A stretch of DNA of 64,000 bases from Schizochytrium sp. TIO01 (Eukaryota > Protista > Bigyra: Labyrinthulomycetes): the NCBI GenBank assembly GCA_004764695.1, contig SMSO01000008.1, forward strand, positions 124,001-188,000, read 5' to 3'. A program made the position numbers and the translations under genes. The notes under the pieces were generated by a model. The model did not search any database and was not told the origin of the DNA. It saw nothing but the letters and a program-made list of their open reading frames with translations. Shown piece after piece: positions 1 through 10,395 of this stretch. How positions within the stretch are numbered: position 1 is the first letter of the stretch; every line of letters begins with the position of its first letter.

Positions 1-1563
1 TCCCATGACAGAAGAAATTCCTTGGCCAACTGTACTCAGAATATCCGCTGCCTGGCGACTTCCTTGTTTTGCGTAGCCAGATAGCTTATCAACGCCTCGA
101 GCAAGATCGCTTGCAGAGACAACATAATGCTTGCCGCGTGTATCCCTAAACCGGAAGTACCCGGATTGGTCGTTCTTGTGTACTACCGCCTCCTTGCCAA
201 AGTCAATTCCGGAGCCAGGGAAACTGAATTGACTGCGATCCTTAAAGGATTTTACATCGACGAACTCTACCGGACTTCCGTCCCATTTCGCACCTGATGG
301 GGAGAGTAAACTATTGAAACCATTCAACGCTCTCGATCCTTGGGTATACATCTCACCAGCTAAACCATTTGATATAGCTTTGGTCCCCTTTGATACCTTT
401 TTCACCACTCCAAGAGCAAGCCCACCCCCGATAATGTTACCAAGTGCATCTACATTCGTATTCCACTGAGAGGTTCCGTTTCCAAAGAAGGGATTGTTGA
501 GATTGTTCTCTAACTTCAGCACACCAGTGTTCAGTTCATGTCTCGCGGGATATATGTAAGGCATCATATCATACTGATGAGGTTGTTGTTGCTGTATGAG
601 TTTATCCAAGCCTTTCATGCTGTCTGGGTAAGCGGATCCTTTGATACTTGGAAGCTCAGGACCGTTGACAGGATAAACCGATGGTCCTCCAGTAACAGAA
701 TCCGGAAGCTTGATTCTAGGCAACTTGGGATCTTGCAAAAGGTGGCGCTGTATTCTCAGTTGGCCCACAGTTGGTGCAGGAGGCCGCTCAGGGCCATTTC
801 GCGCATAAACAGAGGGAGCAGGCGGTGTTTGCATTGGAGGCCTAAATCTATTTCGTTCTGGGTGCTGCAAGCGCTCCCTTTGTTCCCTTAATTGATCTGC
901 TGTGGGTAAAGGGGGTCTTTCAGGACCGAACACTCTCTGATTCTGCGCTTGCGGCACCCCTAACAAACTCTGCTGTTGCTCTTGTACCCGTTGCGACTGT
1001 GGTCGGTCCAGGGCCTCTGGGCGGTTAGGTATTTCCCTTTGTGTATTACCACGATTTCTATTGTTTCTGTAATTGTGAATGAGCCCTGCGAGGGATGCAT
1101 AGAGATACTTTAGAAGGTTTCCAAAGTGTGAGACGCCGTTGCGAAAGACCCCAAAGAACACAAAGAAAATGAATGTTAGACCGAAGACCAGAAGCTGTAA
1201 GCCCGCAATTCTGTTATTCTGAATGATGAGCACCAAGCCTGCAAGACAGGCCAGGACGCACATAAGCAAACCAATTAAGTAAACCACAGCGATATAGTCC
1301 TGGACCCTCCTGATTTTACTGTACCACATTCTCACTTCCAGAAACGCCCAGGTTACAGCGCTACAAGCAATCAAGCTGATGAGAAAAATCTCGATGCACC
1401 GCCTTAGAACGTTCGCACTTGTGCTATTCTGCTGCCTTTGCTCTGCATTGCCCGCCCTTTCGTAGAAAGCAAAGACGAAAATCAGTGCCACAGTAACAAG
1501 AAGCAGGGCAAACGAGCGAGTGCGCAATTCATTGGTCCTCCTTACGAGGAAACTCTGATCCAT
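1..1563 (-). CDS. Hypothetical membrane protein, >521 aa, runs off the left edge (absent from the ORF track)
   Basis: Manual translation from ATG at 1563 (MDQSFLVRRTNELRTRSFALLLV...) is open to base 1. Four N-terminal hydrophobic segments, then a Pro/Gln-rich region with three GPE(R/L)P repeats. Confidence 0.85.
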   Translation of the reverse strand, partial: MDQSFLVRRTNELRTRSFALLLVTVALIFVFAFYERAGNAEQRQQNSTSANVLRRCIEIFLISLIACSAVTWAFLEVRMWYSKIRRVQDYIAVVYLIGLLMCVLACLAGLVLIIQNNRIAGLQLLVFGLTFIFFVFFGVFRNGVSHFGNLLKYLYASLAGLIHNYRNNRNRGNTQREIPNRPEALDRPQSQRVQEQQQSLLGVPQAQNQRVFGPERPPLPTADQLREQRERLQHPERNRFRPPMQTPPAPSVYARNGPERPPAPTVGQLRIQRHLLQDPKLPRIKLPDSVTGGPSVYPVNGPELPSIKGSAYPDSMKGLDKLIQQQQPHQYDMMPYIYPARHELNTGVLKLENNLNNPFFGNGTSQWNTNVDALGNIIGGGLALGVVKKVSKGTKAISNGLAGEMYTQGSRALNGFNSLLSPSGAKWDGSPVEFVDVKSFKDRSQFSFPGSGIDFGKEAVVHKNDQSGYFRFRDTRGKHYVVSASDLARGVDKLSGYAKQGSRQAADILSTVGQGISSVMG

Positions 1564-1653
1564 CCTTTACTTGTTTATTTTCTTTTATATTCTTCTCTTT
1601 GTTTTGTTGTCGTCGCGTCGTTGCCGTTTGTTGACCCCTTTTATCTTACACGT

Positions 1654-2169
1654 CTATAAAAAATTACTTTTTTCGTGTTGCGGATCTATCTGGTGGTGAT
1701 GATATTGTTTCGCTTTCAGAAGTCGGGCCCAAAATACAATAATGAGAACCACTTTCAGTAAGGCCATGAAGATTCCCCACACAATGACGAAACCTACTAT
1801 CCTGACGCCCAGGATCCTCGATTTGGAAAAGATACAACAGATTACACCCGTCGCAAAAAGCAAGAGAGTGGCTAAACATAAGTAGCGCTGAGAGATGCTA
1901 AGATTTACTTGCTGCTCAGGGATATACTCCAAACCAGTGTAAACTCGGAACCAGAACACACCAGCAGAGAGCCAGGAAAAGACAAGTCCGTAAATGAGAA
2001 TGTAAGAGAGTGAGCTGTACAAGGCATCTTCGGAAGAAGCATCTTCGATTCTCTTGCTCTTATTTGCGACGCTGAAATAAAAGACAGTCTGCCAGGTTAG
2101 AACTACTGCAATTGCAATGATTCCAAGACCCAGTACCACCTCGATCAGTGACAATTTGTTGGAATTCAT
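1654..2169 (-). CDS. Hypothetical 4-TM membrane protein
   Basis: ORF 1654..2253; the KERK N-terminus is just the TTTC repeat, so the likely start is ATG 2169 (MNSNKLS). Four hydrophobic stretches. Confidence 0.75.
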   Translation of the reverse strand: MNSNKLSLIEVVLGLGIIAIAVVLTWQTVFYFSVANKSKRIEDASSEDALYSSLSYILIYGLVFSWLSAGVFWFRVYTGLEYIPEQQVNLSISQRYLCLATLLLFATGVICCIFSKSRILGVRIVGFVIVWGIFMALLKVVLIIVFWARLLKAKQYHHHQIDPQHEKSNFL

Positions 2170-2204
2170 AATCACTTGCCTGTTTTTCTCGCCGTTTTCA
2201 CCTT

Positions 2205-2205
2205 T

Positions 2206-2249
<44 letters not shown>

Positions 2250-2257
2250 TCACCTTT

Positions 2258-2313
<56 letters not shown>

Positions 2314-2335
2314 TCACCTTTTCTTTCTTTCTTTT
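2205..2335. repeat. (TTTC)n microsatellite with two CACC interruptions
   Basis: Directly visible. Confidence 0.95.
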
Positions 2336-2681
2336 TATTGCATATTCTGCCAAGTATAGAGAATTGTCATGGCAGAAAGAAGTAGCGTCAATGAACATAT
2401 CATGGGCCACCAGAGACGCTGGGTGTGCATTGTGATGATCATACAAATCATCGCATAAATGCAGCAGGATACTGCAATGGTAACAATACCAGTGGTTCGC
2501 GAAGTCATTGGTCAGTATTATTCCCTTTTTCTTTGTAAGCTTTTATTTCTTTTTTTTGTTGCCTGGTTGATTCGCCCACTTTTCTCTTTAGTAGCTATAG
2601 AAGTAAAAGAGAACAAACACCATACAAGAAAAAAAGGAACTAGCTAAGCCTCTTCTATTTTTAACAAAAACAAAGAGGGGA

Positions 2682-3626
2682 ATGCAAAACTTTGCGGATT
2701 TCGAGAGAGCGCTTGCTATAAAAGCCGCCGCGGCCCTCACCCTGAGCGAGCGGCGCCGGGTGATCACTGAAGGCGTCGCCGTTTACGAGAGAGAACTAAC
2801 ACTGGCTCGATCCGTGCTTCGCTCCTGGAAACTCATAGCCACGCACCAGAAACGAGAAAGGTTAGAACAGGCGGACCAGAGAGCAGCGCGAAAAGCACTG
2901 CGCATTGCCTCAAGGCCTGCTCTCACTATTGTCACGCGCTCACGCCTGCTTGAATTTGAGAGAGAAGGTAAACTGGCCTTAATGACAAACGAGGCCCCTA
3001 TAGCCTCGAAAGAATTGAGAAGAGCTCTGGAAGAGGTAAAACGGAAGAGACTCTGTGAGTCTTGCGGCTTTTGCGGGGATGTGAAATTCTTTTTTCGCGC
3101 ACAGTATTCAAAGTGTGTGCGCTGTGCTACAGGAATGGCAAGACTAGACGCTTTGACGTGGTCCATCCACCAGAATTTGAAAGCCTCCCGCACCCGCGCC
3201 AAGCGGAATGGAGTGCCGCACGACATTGATGAAGAGTGGCTCCGCGAGAGGTGGCATTGCACTGGAGGGAAATGCGAACTATGCGGCGAGATTATGGAAG
3301 TAGGGAGAAAGATTGACAGGGTCATTAGCAACAAAGAAGTTTACGGAATGCATGTCAACCCGTGGACCTTGAGCCTGGACCAACGTGTCCCAGGACACGG
3401 CTACGTGAAAACCAACACCTCTTTGGTTCACGTCCGCTGCAACCTCATGAAGGCTACGATGTCTGAGGTTGAATTCGCGGGCCTCTGCCAGCGAATTAGT
3501 TGTTTTATGGCGAAAAAAATTGACTTAAGTCAGGAGACGGGTATGATTGAGAAGTCACAGTTATTAAATAAACAGCAACAGCCAGACACAGCCCTAGTAG
3601 AACATAATCAAATGTATTCATCGTGA
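2682..3626 (+). CDS. HNH-like endonuclease with CxxC zinc ligands (phage/giant-virus type)
   Basis: CESC, CVRC and CELC motifs plus SLDQRVPGHGYVKTNTSLVHVRCNLMK, matching the SLDRID..GY...N..LV...CN.MK HNH pattern. Confidence 0.75.
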   Translation: MQNFADFERALAIKAAAALTLSERRRVITEGVAVYERELTLARSVLRSWKLIATHQKRERLEQADQRAARKALRIASRPALTIVTRSRLLEFEREGKLALMTNEAPIASKELRRALEEVKRKRLCESCGFCGDVKFFFRAQYSKCVRCATGMARLDALTWSIHQNLKASRTRAKRNGVPHDIDEEWLRERWHCTGGKCELCGEIMEVGRKIDRVISNKEVYGMHVNPWTLSLDQRVPGHGYVKTNTSLVHVRCNLMKATMSEVEFAGLCQRISCFMAKKIDLSQETGMIEKSQLLNKQQQPDTALVEHNQMYSS

Positions 3627-3805
3627 AAGGAATCAAAAGAGAAAAAAAAGGAAAAAAACTTGAACCTTCGAATTTTTTCTGTTTTCCAATTCAAGTAACT
3701 ACTACCACCCGTTTGCTTTTTCTTTTTCTCTTTTTCTTTTACTTGTTCTATCTTTTTCATTTTTTCTGAAAGGAACAAGAAAGAAGAACAGAAAAAATAG
3801 AGAAA

Positions 3806-4807
3806 ATGCGAGCCTTTATTCACAGCCTCCCCAAGGCCGAACTCCACGCACATTTGCATGGCAGCGTAAGCACAGAGACCTTACGCGAGCTTGGCTGTAC
3901 TGGCTTTGTCGAGCAAGGGCGTAGCCTCGGCAAGTGTTTTAAACTGTTTGAGTTAATTCATAACACTGTGCAAGACACCAAAACATTAGAGACAGTTGTC
4001 TATAATGTTGTGAAGGATTTCGCGAGAGATAATGTTCTTTACTTGGAACTCCGCTCCACTCCCCGTGCCACGCCTTTCATGACGAAGCGCCAGTATTTGG
4101 AGACGCTTACAGAGACTGCGCGAAATGCAGAACGCCTCAACGAGGTTACTGTTCGCTTGCTGCTCACCATAGACCGTGCAAGATCCGTTGAAGATGCGTG
4201 GGATTCCTTGGAAGCTTATACAAACCTCCCTCCTAGATTGCGCAAAGCCATTGTAGGTGTGGACTTTTCTGGAGACCCCCGCAAGGGCAGATTCAAAGAC
4301 TTCCTTCCTGTTCTCCAGGCGGCTAGAGCGAAGCATAGCTTAAAAATCGCCCTGCACTGTGGAGAGCTCAGCAACACGGAAGAAGAAATTGCAGAGATGC
4401 TTCGTTTTAAACCAGAGCGGCTGGGCCACGCACTCCATGTACCTCAAAACAGAAAACCCACAGGAATGGGCACCACCACGATTGGCGGGAAGAGCACGGT
4501 ATCAACACAACCAGTGTGTGAGTGTTGCCCTACTTCGAATATTATGAAAACACTAGGGCTGAGGAGTATTAAGGAGCACCCCTTGCTACCGCCTGCTCAT
4601 TGGAATGATCTCGTGATTTGCACAGATGATGCGGGTGTATTTGAGACTTCCCTAACCGATGAGTACCTCCTTCTAGCTGAGAATTTCGAAATCGGATACG
4701 AAGAACTCGTAGATATGGTTGTCTCTACGCTGGACCACGCCTTTGCTTGTGAGGACGACCTAACCCTGCTGAAGGAAGCATTTAATGATAAAATTAGAGC
4801 CCTATGA
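3806..4807 (+). CDS. Adenosine deaminase-like protein (ADAL / N6-methyl-AMP deaminase subfamily)
   Basis: LPKAELHAHLHGS, YLELRSTPR, LHCGE, RLGHA, CPTSN and ICTDDAGVFETSL..EY motifs. The 3' end overlaps the convergent ORF by 14 bp. Confidence 0.88.
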   Translation: MRAFIHSLPKAELHAHLHGSVSTETLRELGCTGFVEQGRSLGKCFKLFELIHNTVQDTKTLETVVYNVVKDFARDNVLYLELRSTPRATPFMTKRQYLETLTETARNAERLNEVTVRLLLTIDRARSVEDAWDSLEAYTNLPPRLRKAIVGVDFSGDPRKGRFKDFLPVLQAARAKHSLKIALHCGELSNTEEEIAEMLRFKPERLGHALHVPQNRKPTGMGTTTIGGKSTVSTQPVCECCPTSNIMKTLGLRSIKEHPLLPPAHWNDLVICTDDAGVFETSLTDEYLLLAENFEIGYEELVDMVVSTLDHAFACEDDLTLLKEAFNDKIRAL

Positions 4808-6203
4808 CCCAAAGACTAAGCGATTTTACGATATCCAACACACTACTTCCTTGCGATCTTGCCTGCGTAAAGAAATAAATGAAGATTCCTACGCATAGAG
4901 AAATGGAGACTGAATGAAGCGGTCCAATGCCATACGTAGCCCTCACATGTGGTTTTGCAAAATCCGCCGCGGCGAAGAGAGTTAAGAGTAATAAAACAAG
5001 GCCTGGCGCAAGGGCCATAGCTTGCTCCTGTTCGCAATTTATGGCGTTCATACCTACCACAGTGGCCCTGTCCGTTGAGTTTGGGGTAAACGGGTTCTGC
5101 TCACCCACAGTGGCTGAACCTGCTCGAGCTACTTTACAGACTGTTTCCTGGACTTCCACGGGTGTGATGAGCGAGGAGAGGAAAGGGTAGTATATTAACA
5201 ATGCTCCAAACAAGAGTACTCCGGTTGAACCAATAGAAACCCAGTGAACAGTGTTGGCAATTACATCCTGGTACCTTTTCTGTTTATCCACTGGATCTTC
5301 GTGGATTGTTAAATGTCCCTTTTCTCCTTGGGAAAACCCGTATCTCACTCGGGTCGTTTCTTTGATCAAATTTCCTAGTGGAATTCCTATCGTGGCGAGA
5401 GAAGCGACTAAGGCAAATAAAAGCGCGGCAACAAAAAACAACCCCCTTTCAGTGCGCGTCTTCTTCGCCGAGCATTTCGCGCTATCTAATCGCTCCTGCA
5501 AAACCTCTTTCCTGGCGGTGTTTGCGTCGCCAAGGGCCTGTAGCTCAGCTTGGATTCCCTCGCACTGTTGAGGTTGCTGCGTGGAGCGGAAGAGCGCGTA
5601 ACAAATTGCAATGCAAAACACAGCAAAGAAACCTAAACCATTCCTTGTCCACATGAGCTGGTTCTCATGGCCTTGAATATTGTCCGGTGGGTGATGAGGC
5701 AGCATCACTCTTGTAACGAATGCACTCAAAGCCAGACTCAGAGACACGCTCGCAGCTATGTTCAGAACCACCGTCGCAAGCCTATTACTGTTCACGCCTG
5801 CATTACTCAAGGAGAGTTTGAGAGCAAAGTCGCCCACAAAAGCAAGCGTGAAGAGATCGCAAACGAGAGACATGGGAGGAAGCGAGCCGACCACGCGCGC
5901 AGAACAGATAACCAGCAGAAGACCCAGCGCAAATTCAACGATAAGAAGAACCACAAGTCCGTTCGCAAACCCTCTGGTAATTTTAGGATTTGAAGCACCG
6001 AGGCAGCTCAGAACCATGAACGCCACGGTTCCCGCGAACATGATCACCACAGCTAGCTTCTTCGTAACAAAGTTGGCATTTTGGCGGGAAATTCGAAGCA
6101 TGAAAAGGGACAACACAAAAGTGATTCCCGTCGCACCCGCGGCTGAAATCAAAGGGACCCTCGAACGAATTTTCACAGCATTACTCGTGTCGCTTTCCAC
6201 CAA
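4794..6203 (-). CDS. Hypothetical multi-pass membrane protein (~469 aa)
   Basis: Long ORF with roughly ten hydrophobic segments; start codon uncertain. Confidence 0.75.
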   Translation of the reverse strand: MVESDTSNAVKIRSRVPLISAAGATGITFVLSLFMLRISRQNANFVTKKLAVVIMFAGTVAFMVLSCLGASNPKITRGFANGLVVLLIVEFALGLLLVICSARVVGSLPPMSLVCDLFTLAFVGDFALKLSLSNAGVNSNRLATVVLNIAASVSLSLALSAFVTRVMLPHHPPDNIQGHENQLMWTRNGLGFFAVFCIAICYALFRSTQQPQQCEGIQAELQALGDANTARKEVLQERLDSAKCSAKKTRTERGLFFVAALLFALVASLATIGIPLGNLIKETTRVRYGFSQGEKGHLTIHEDPVDKQKRYQDVIANTVHWVSIGSTGVLLFGALLIYYPFLSSLITPVEVQETVCKVARAGSATVGEQNPFTPNSTDRATVVGMNAINCEQEQAMALAPGLVLLLLTLFAAADFAKPHVRATYGIGPLHSVSISLCVGIFIYFFTQARSQGSSVLDIVKSLSLWVIGL

Positions 6204-6236
6204 GAGATCATCCGAAACGAGCGCAGGGTTGTCCGC

Positions 6237-7367
6237 TCACGCAAGTAAGTATCTCTGAAGATCTAGGCTCTGCGCGCCTTGCGAGGAAGAACCTTTCAGG
6301 ATAAATTCTCCACTAACAACTTCCGTCCCACGAACGTAAAATTCAAGATTCGAGGCTTGCAGGTCCGATTCCGTTAGATAGCCCTCTTCGTCGACCAGTG
6401 TAAGGCCTATCGAAACCTTGCCCGCCTGCCCGACTATCCCCAGACGAGGTGTGATTGTACTCGAGACGATCACAGACGCTACATGCCGGCCGTCGCCGAG
6501 CCTGAGCAAACCTGTGCGCCCTTGAGAAGGAAAGTAAAAGTAATTATTTTGGTCCAAAGGAAGTCTCATGAAGAGCCCTAAAGTCGTCATTGCTTCTAAA
6601 GCGTGAAGCACTTCGCTGCGAGCATTGCATGTGAGTGGCAACCAGTCTGTTCCCGATGAAGGGGGTGCATAAGCCGACAGTTGCTTGTCCCAAGACCTAG
6701 GTAAGATTGAGAGTTGTGTTTCCCCTGAGTTGAACCCCTGCACTACGGCCTGGCGCGTCCCACCGTTATAATCGTAAACTATAGTTTCTTGGCCCCTTTC
6801 CGGTGAAAGCCAGCCAGAATTCACAAACTCTAATGTCATTCGCAGCGAGCTAGTGTCGCTCGCATTAATCAGGGCATTGTTACATTCAAAGAGCACGCGC
6901 GAGCAAGAGCCTCTGAGTACTTGAGCGTATGAAATGGCTGTGTCACTTGAGGCAGGAGAAACGAAGAATACCTGAAAGGGCAGATCCAGTTTCGAACCTT
7001 GAGAAGAGGAAGAAGAAGAACCTGGGTTTTCTGTCACCGGTGTGAGGATGAAAGCTTCTCCCACGGAAAAAGAAACGGGTTCTGTTTTTTCTAATCGCCA
7101 GGGACGAGAGGCCAGAGGTTCATTCACCCACTGGATAGCAGTTGAAATTAGTGTCTTGGCATTGAACGCGTCGGCTCGCAAAGTCGCCGCATTGAAGTCT
7201 AGTGGCTTTGTTAGGACCTTAATAGGCTCTTCGGCAGTTGAGCCCTGTTCACCAGTGGTGGTAGTTATAAAGCCAGGGGGAACTTCGCCAGAACCCCATT
7301 TGCTCTGTTCAATTTGAAGGTAACCTTCGGAGAGTAGAAGCGTCAGCAAACCCCCAAAGGAGGACAT
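6237..7367 (-). CDS. Hypothetical protein (376 aa), possibly beta-rich/structural
   Basis: Long ATG-initiated ORF; no recognisable motif. Confidence 0.7.
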   Translation of the reverse strand: MSSFGGLLTLLLSEGYLQIEQSKWGSGEVPPGFITTTTGEQGSTAEEPIKVLTKPLDFNAATLRADAFNAKTLISTAIQWVNEPLASRPWRLEKTEPVSFSVGEAFILTPVTENPGSSSSSSQGSKLDLPFQVFFVSPASSDTAISYAQVLRGSCSRVLFECNNALINASDTSSLRMTLEFVNSGWLSPERGQETIVYDYNGGTRQAVVQGFNSGETQLSILPRSWDKQLSAYAPPSSGTDWLPLTCNARSEVLHALEAMTTLGLFMRLPLDQNNYFYFPSQGRTGLLRLGDGRHVASVIVSSTITPRLGIVGQAGKVSIGLTLVDEEGYLTESDLQASNLEFYVRGTEVVSGEFILKGSSSQGAQSLDLQRYLLA

Positions 7368-7467
7368 TTCTGCAGCGCAGTGGTCAGTATTTTTCCCTTC
7401 TTAGTCTCTTGGTCCTGGTTTTGTTTATTATTTGTTGACTTACTTTCTTTTTTTTCTAGGCGGAGCC

Positions 7468-8259
7468 ATGCCGAGGAAACCGAAAGGAGAGTTATCAGAA
7501 ATGACGTGGACCCTGCGCGAGCGCCAAATCGCGGTCGGTCGGCACGTTGGCCGTTTCTTTGGATCCCCGAAGGCTTTCCTGAAATTGTACCAGATCCTCG
7601 GAGACCAGCCTGAGCGCATCGGGCCGGTTATCCTGTACTACATCACAGAGTACGACCCAAGCAAGATTGTGCGAAGCGAGGACGGATCAGTGATGCTTAA
7701 TCCATACAGTTTGTACAACAACGAGCTGCGCACGAACCGCAAGGCGCTGTTCGATTTCTCATCGAGGTGTGGAAAGGGAACCTTGATCCGCGCAGGCCAG
7801 CGCAACCCGCCTGTCCGGCTTCCAGTCCCTTTAGGCTGCGAGGACGCGTGCGAACCCGTCCTTGCGCCTTTACCTTTGTTGAACGCATGCCGCTGGTTTA
7901 TCGACCTTGGCTTTGCCGACCACTTCCTAGCTCTGAAGGACGAGCTTTATCGGGAGCACTCGATTTGGGCCTACGATGTGAAGCGCGCCTACTCCAGGCA
8001 GCACAAGCAGCGCATCCGCATTCGTACGGAGATCGCGGAGGAGATCGTGAGAAAGGGCAGAGCCGCAGGCATCCCCGCAGACGCGCCACTCACTGAAGAG
8101 GAACGGGCGATGGTTGAGAATCTACTAGGCAACAGAGAGGTGAAGAATGCCGCGGACCAGCGCCACGACCACAGGCGCCAGCGCGTCGTGCTCACCCGCA
8201 ATGAGAAAGCGCAGATGTTTGCGCCTGTACAGGTGCTCAGCGCGCCTCTCTTCAAGTAG
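7468..8259 (+). CDS. Conserved giant-virus hypothetical protein homolog
   Basis: ILYYITEY / PYSLYNNELRTNRKALFDFSSR / LLNACRWFIDLG resemble the NCLDV family pattern IDWFVTNY / YKSQLKAYSKKLFDPFCR / QLNFFRWAI (recalled, not searched). Start at ATG 7468. Confidence 0.65.
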   Translation: MPRKPKGELSEMTWTLRERQIAVGRHVGRFFGSPKAFLKLYQILGDQPERIGPVILYYITEYDPSKIVRSEDGSVMLNPYSLYNNELRTNRKALFDFSSRCGKGTLIRAGQRNPPVRLPVPLGCEDACEPVLAPLPLLNACRWFIDLGFADHFLALKDELYREHSIWAYDVKRAYSRQHKQRIRIRTEIAEEIVRKGRAAGIPADAPLTEEERAMVENLLGNREVKNAADQRHDHRRQRVVLTRNEKAQMFAPVQVLSAPLFK

Positions 8260-8436
8260 CAGCTTTGCTTTGCTTTACTTTTTGCTTTGCTTGCAGCAGC
8301 AACCTCCCCTAGCTAAAGAAAGAAAGAAAAAAAGAATGAAAAGGAACCTTTTTTAAATTTTTGGGTTGTTCTGATTTTTATTGGACCACTTTATGATTGA
8401 TCGATCGCATCGCTCGGAACTGATCTGTACGTTTAT

Positions 8437-9171
8437 TTAGACCTCTTTAGACTTCCACTCCAGGATGACATTACAAATAACATCGGTATCTAAGACAGAA
8501 TACCTGTTGCGCTTGAACACCTTTTCTTTGTAGTATCTTGTCTCCTTTTCAGGGGCGTCGCCTGTAATTTCCTTGTAGCGACGAGCCACGAAGCTTCCGA
8601 TCTTGCGGTACTCGTTGAACTTCGGGGTTCTGCCAAGGATGAAATGGACAAACATGCGTAACCTGAGTTCTCCCCTTGTTAAAAATGCAACTGCATCTTC
8701 CAGACCAGAGCAAAGTAACTCACAGACCCGAAGGCACTCCTTCCTTGCGTAAGGTTTACCTTCAACGCTCGTGCATAGCATTTCCACGATGGATGCAACG
8801 CAGATTTGGATTTTCTTTAAGAAGGCAACAGCCGCCTTTCTCAAATCCTCCAAGATTCTTACTAGTTCCTCAGTGTATTCAGGATGGTCCACGTCCTGAG
8901 ACATTAGAATCACAGATTGTACGTAGACGAGGCAAACCCTGGGCCACCTCTGCGTTTCGGACTCTGCATAGGCGAAGCACTTGTGCAGGAAGATGGAGCG
9001 CCAGACATCAGGGGTTTTGAAGTTTTCGCAGGGGTGGTCTTTTGAGTGTAATTTCTTGCATAAAGAGCGAATGGACTCGGTAACACTTTTGCTTAAGGCC
9101 GCATGATCATCAAAAGACCACTTCAATGCTTCTGCTCGCATTTTGAATATCTCCATGGCATCTCCTCTCAT
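8437..9171 (-). CDS. Hypothetical protein with a C-terminal domain like those of viral Bro/KilA-associated DNA-binding proteins
   Basis: C-terminal IGSFVARRYKEITGDAPEKETRYYKEKVFKRNRYSVLDTDVI pattern. Confidence 0.5.
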   Translation of the reverse strand: MRGDAMEIFKMRAEALKWSFDDHAALSKSVTESIRSLCKKLHSKDHPCENFKTPDVWRSIFLHKCFAYAESETQRWPRVCLVYVQSVILMSQDVDHPEYTEELVRILEDLRKAAVAFLKKIQICVASIVEMLCTSVEGKPYARKECLRVCELLCSGLEDAVAFLTRGELRLRMFVHFILGRTPKFNEYRKIGSFVARRYKEITGDAPEKETRYYKEKVFKRNRYSVLDTDVICNVILEWKSKEV

Positions 9172-9367
9172 CGTGGGTACTTGATTTTGATGAGTGCGGC
9201 TGTGTGGTGTTGTTAAGTGACAGAGAAAAACTCGTTAGGGTTTTGCTTTTCGCTTTTTCGCCTTTCCTCTGTTTTCTGCGCATGAAATGAAAATTCAAAA
9301 GACTTAAAGTGGATGCAAAGGCCATAAAAAAGGCTGAACAAAACAAAACCTAACCACCACTAGACGG

Positions 9368-10012
9368 TTAAGATTTTGCGGGGTTTACAAAAGTTACAGG
9401 AACCATAACACCGGCCGACAAAGCAATCGCATTGCTCAAAAAAACCGCCACTCTTAGTGGTGGTAGTTTAATGACCGTCTCGAAGTGTGCCACGCCAAAA
9501 TATGCTGCAATGCCTGCGATAACGAAGGCACCTCTCGCGAGAGTGCTGAGATCGTCATCATGCAGGTAGATGAGCAGTCCCGCGATAGCTCCCAGAAGGA
9601 TCAGAAGGCTGGGGACGAATATAATGCCTTGATTGATAATTGCAGAGGTTGCGAAGGTTAGAAGAGCCACGCCAAGTGCTACTGCGCTGATTTGTTTGTC
9701 TGAATTAGACACTTCCCCGGCGCTACTGGCGAGCATAAGCAGTTCCAAACAAAGCAAAGCAAGTATCAGTAGTCCTACGAGCAGTGCTAATGGCCACATA
9801 ATAAGCATCGTTGGGTGAACACGGATGATGCCTGCAAATAAGAAGAAACCTAAGCATGTCACAATACATACTTCAAAGACTCTAGCATCTGACTTTAGTA
9901 CACCGCTGAGAATGTTGCGGTCGACTAAAGAAAGAATAGAAATCACCAGTGTTAGCAAGCCTGCCAAACAAGCCAAAACCTCTACAGTTGCCGAGGCTCT
10001 TACTTTGATCAT
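9368..10012 (-). CDS. Hypothetical multi-pass membrane protein (214 aa)
   Basis: Six to seven hydrophobic segments. Confidence 0.75.
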   Translation of the reverse strand: MIKVRASATVEVLACLAGLLTLVISILSLVDRNILSGVLKSDARVFEVCIVTCLGFFLFAGIIRVHPTMLIMWPLALLVGLLILALLCLELLMLASSAGEVSNSDKQISAVALGVALLTFATSAIINQGIIFVPSLLILLGAIAGLLIYLHDDDLSTLARGAFVIAGIAAYFGVAHFETVIKLPPLRVAVFLSNAIALSAGVMVPVTFVNPAKS

Positions 10013-10395
10013 CGCATTAAAAATTCCCCAAGCAAGATTCTAAAGAATTCTCTTGATTAAAAGTTTTTATTAAAAGGAAAGTAAATGGGTTAACAGAGAA
10101 GCCAGTTGAGAGACAACCCAAGCAAAAAAATTCCTGTCAAAGTTTTCTCTATGACACTTGTCACGACACACCCAGAAGACTGAAGTAAAAGAAAATAGAA
10201 ATACCCTGTTTTTCTTGCTTTCCTCGGTTATTGTAGGGAGCCCATTAAAAAAACTTCATCGCTTCAGCAGCTTTGAATTGTTTTCTTTTTTAAAGTAATT
10301 TCATTTGAAGAGAACTTAACTAAGTTACTCCAAAGGAACTTAGCTACGTTTCTCTTAGTCTTTACTAAGTAAAAGTATAAGGGAAACCCAGAAGG

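Noticed and set aside
2117-2446. ORFs rich in FLSF or KERK
   Set aside because: Translations of the (TTTC)n microsatellite.
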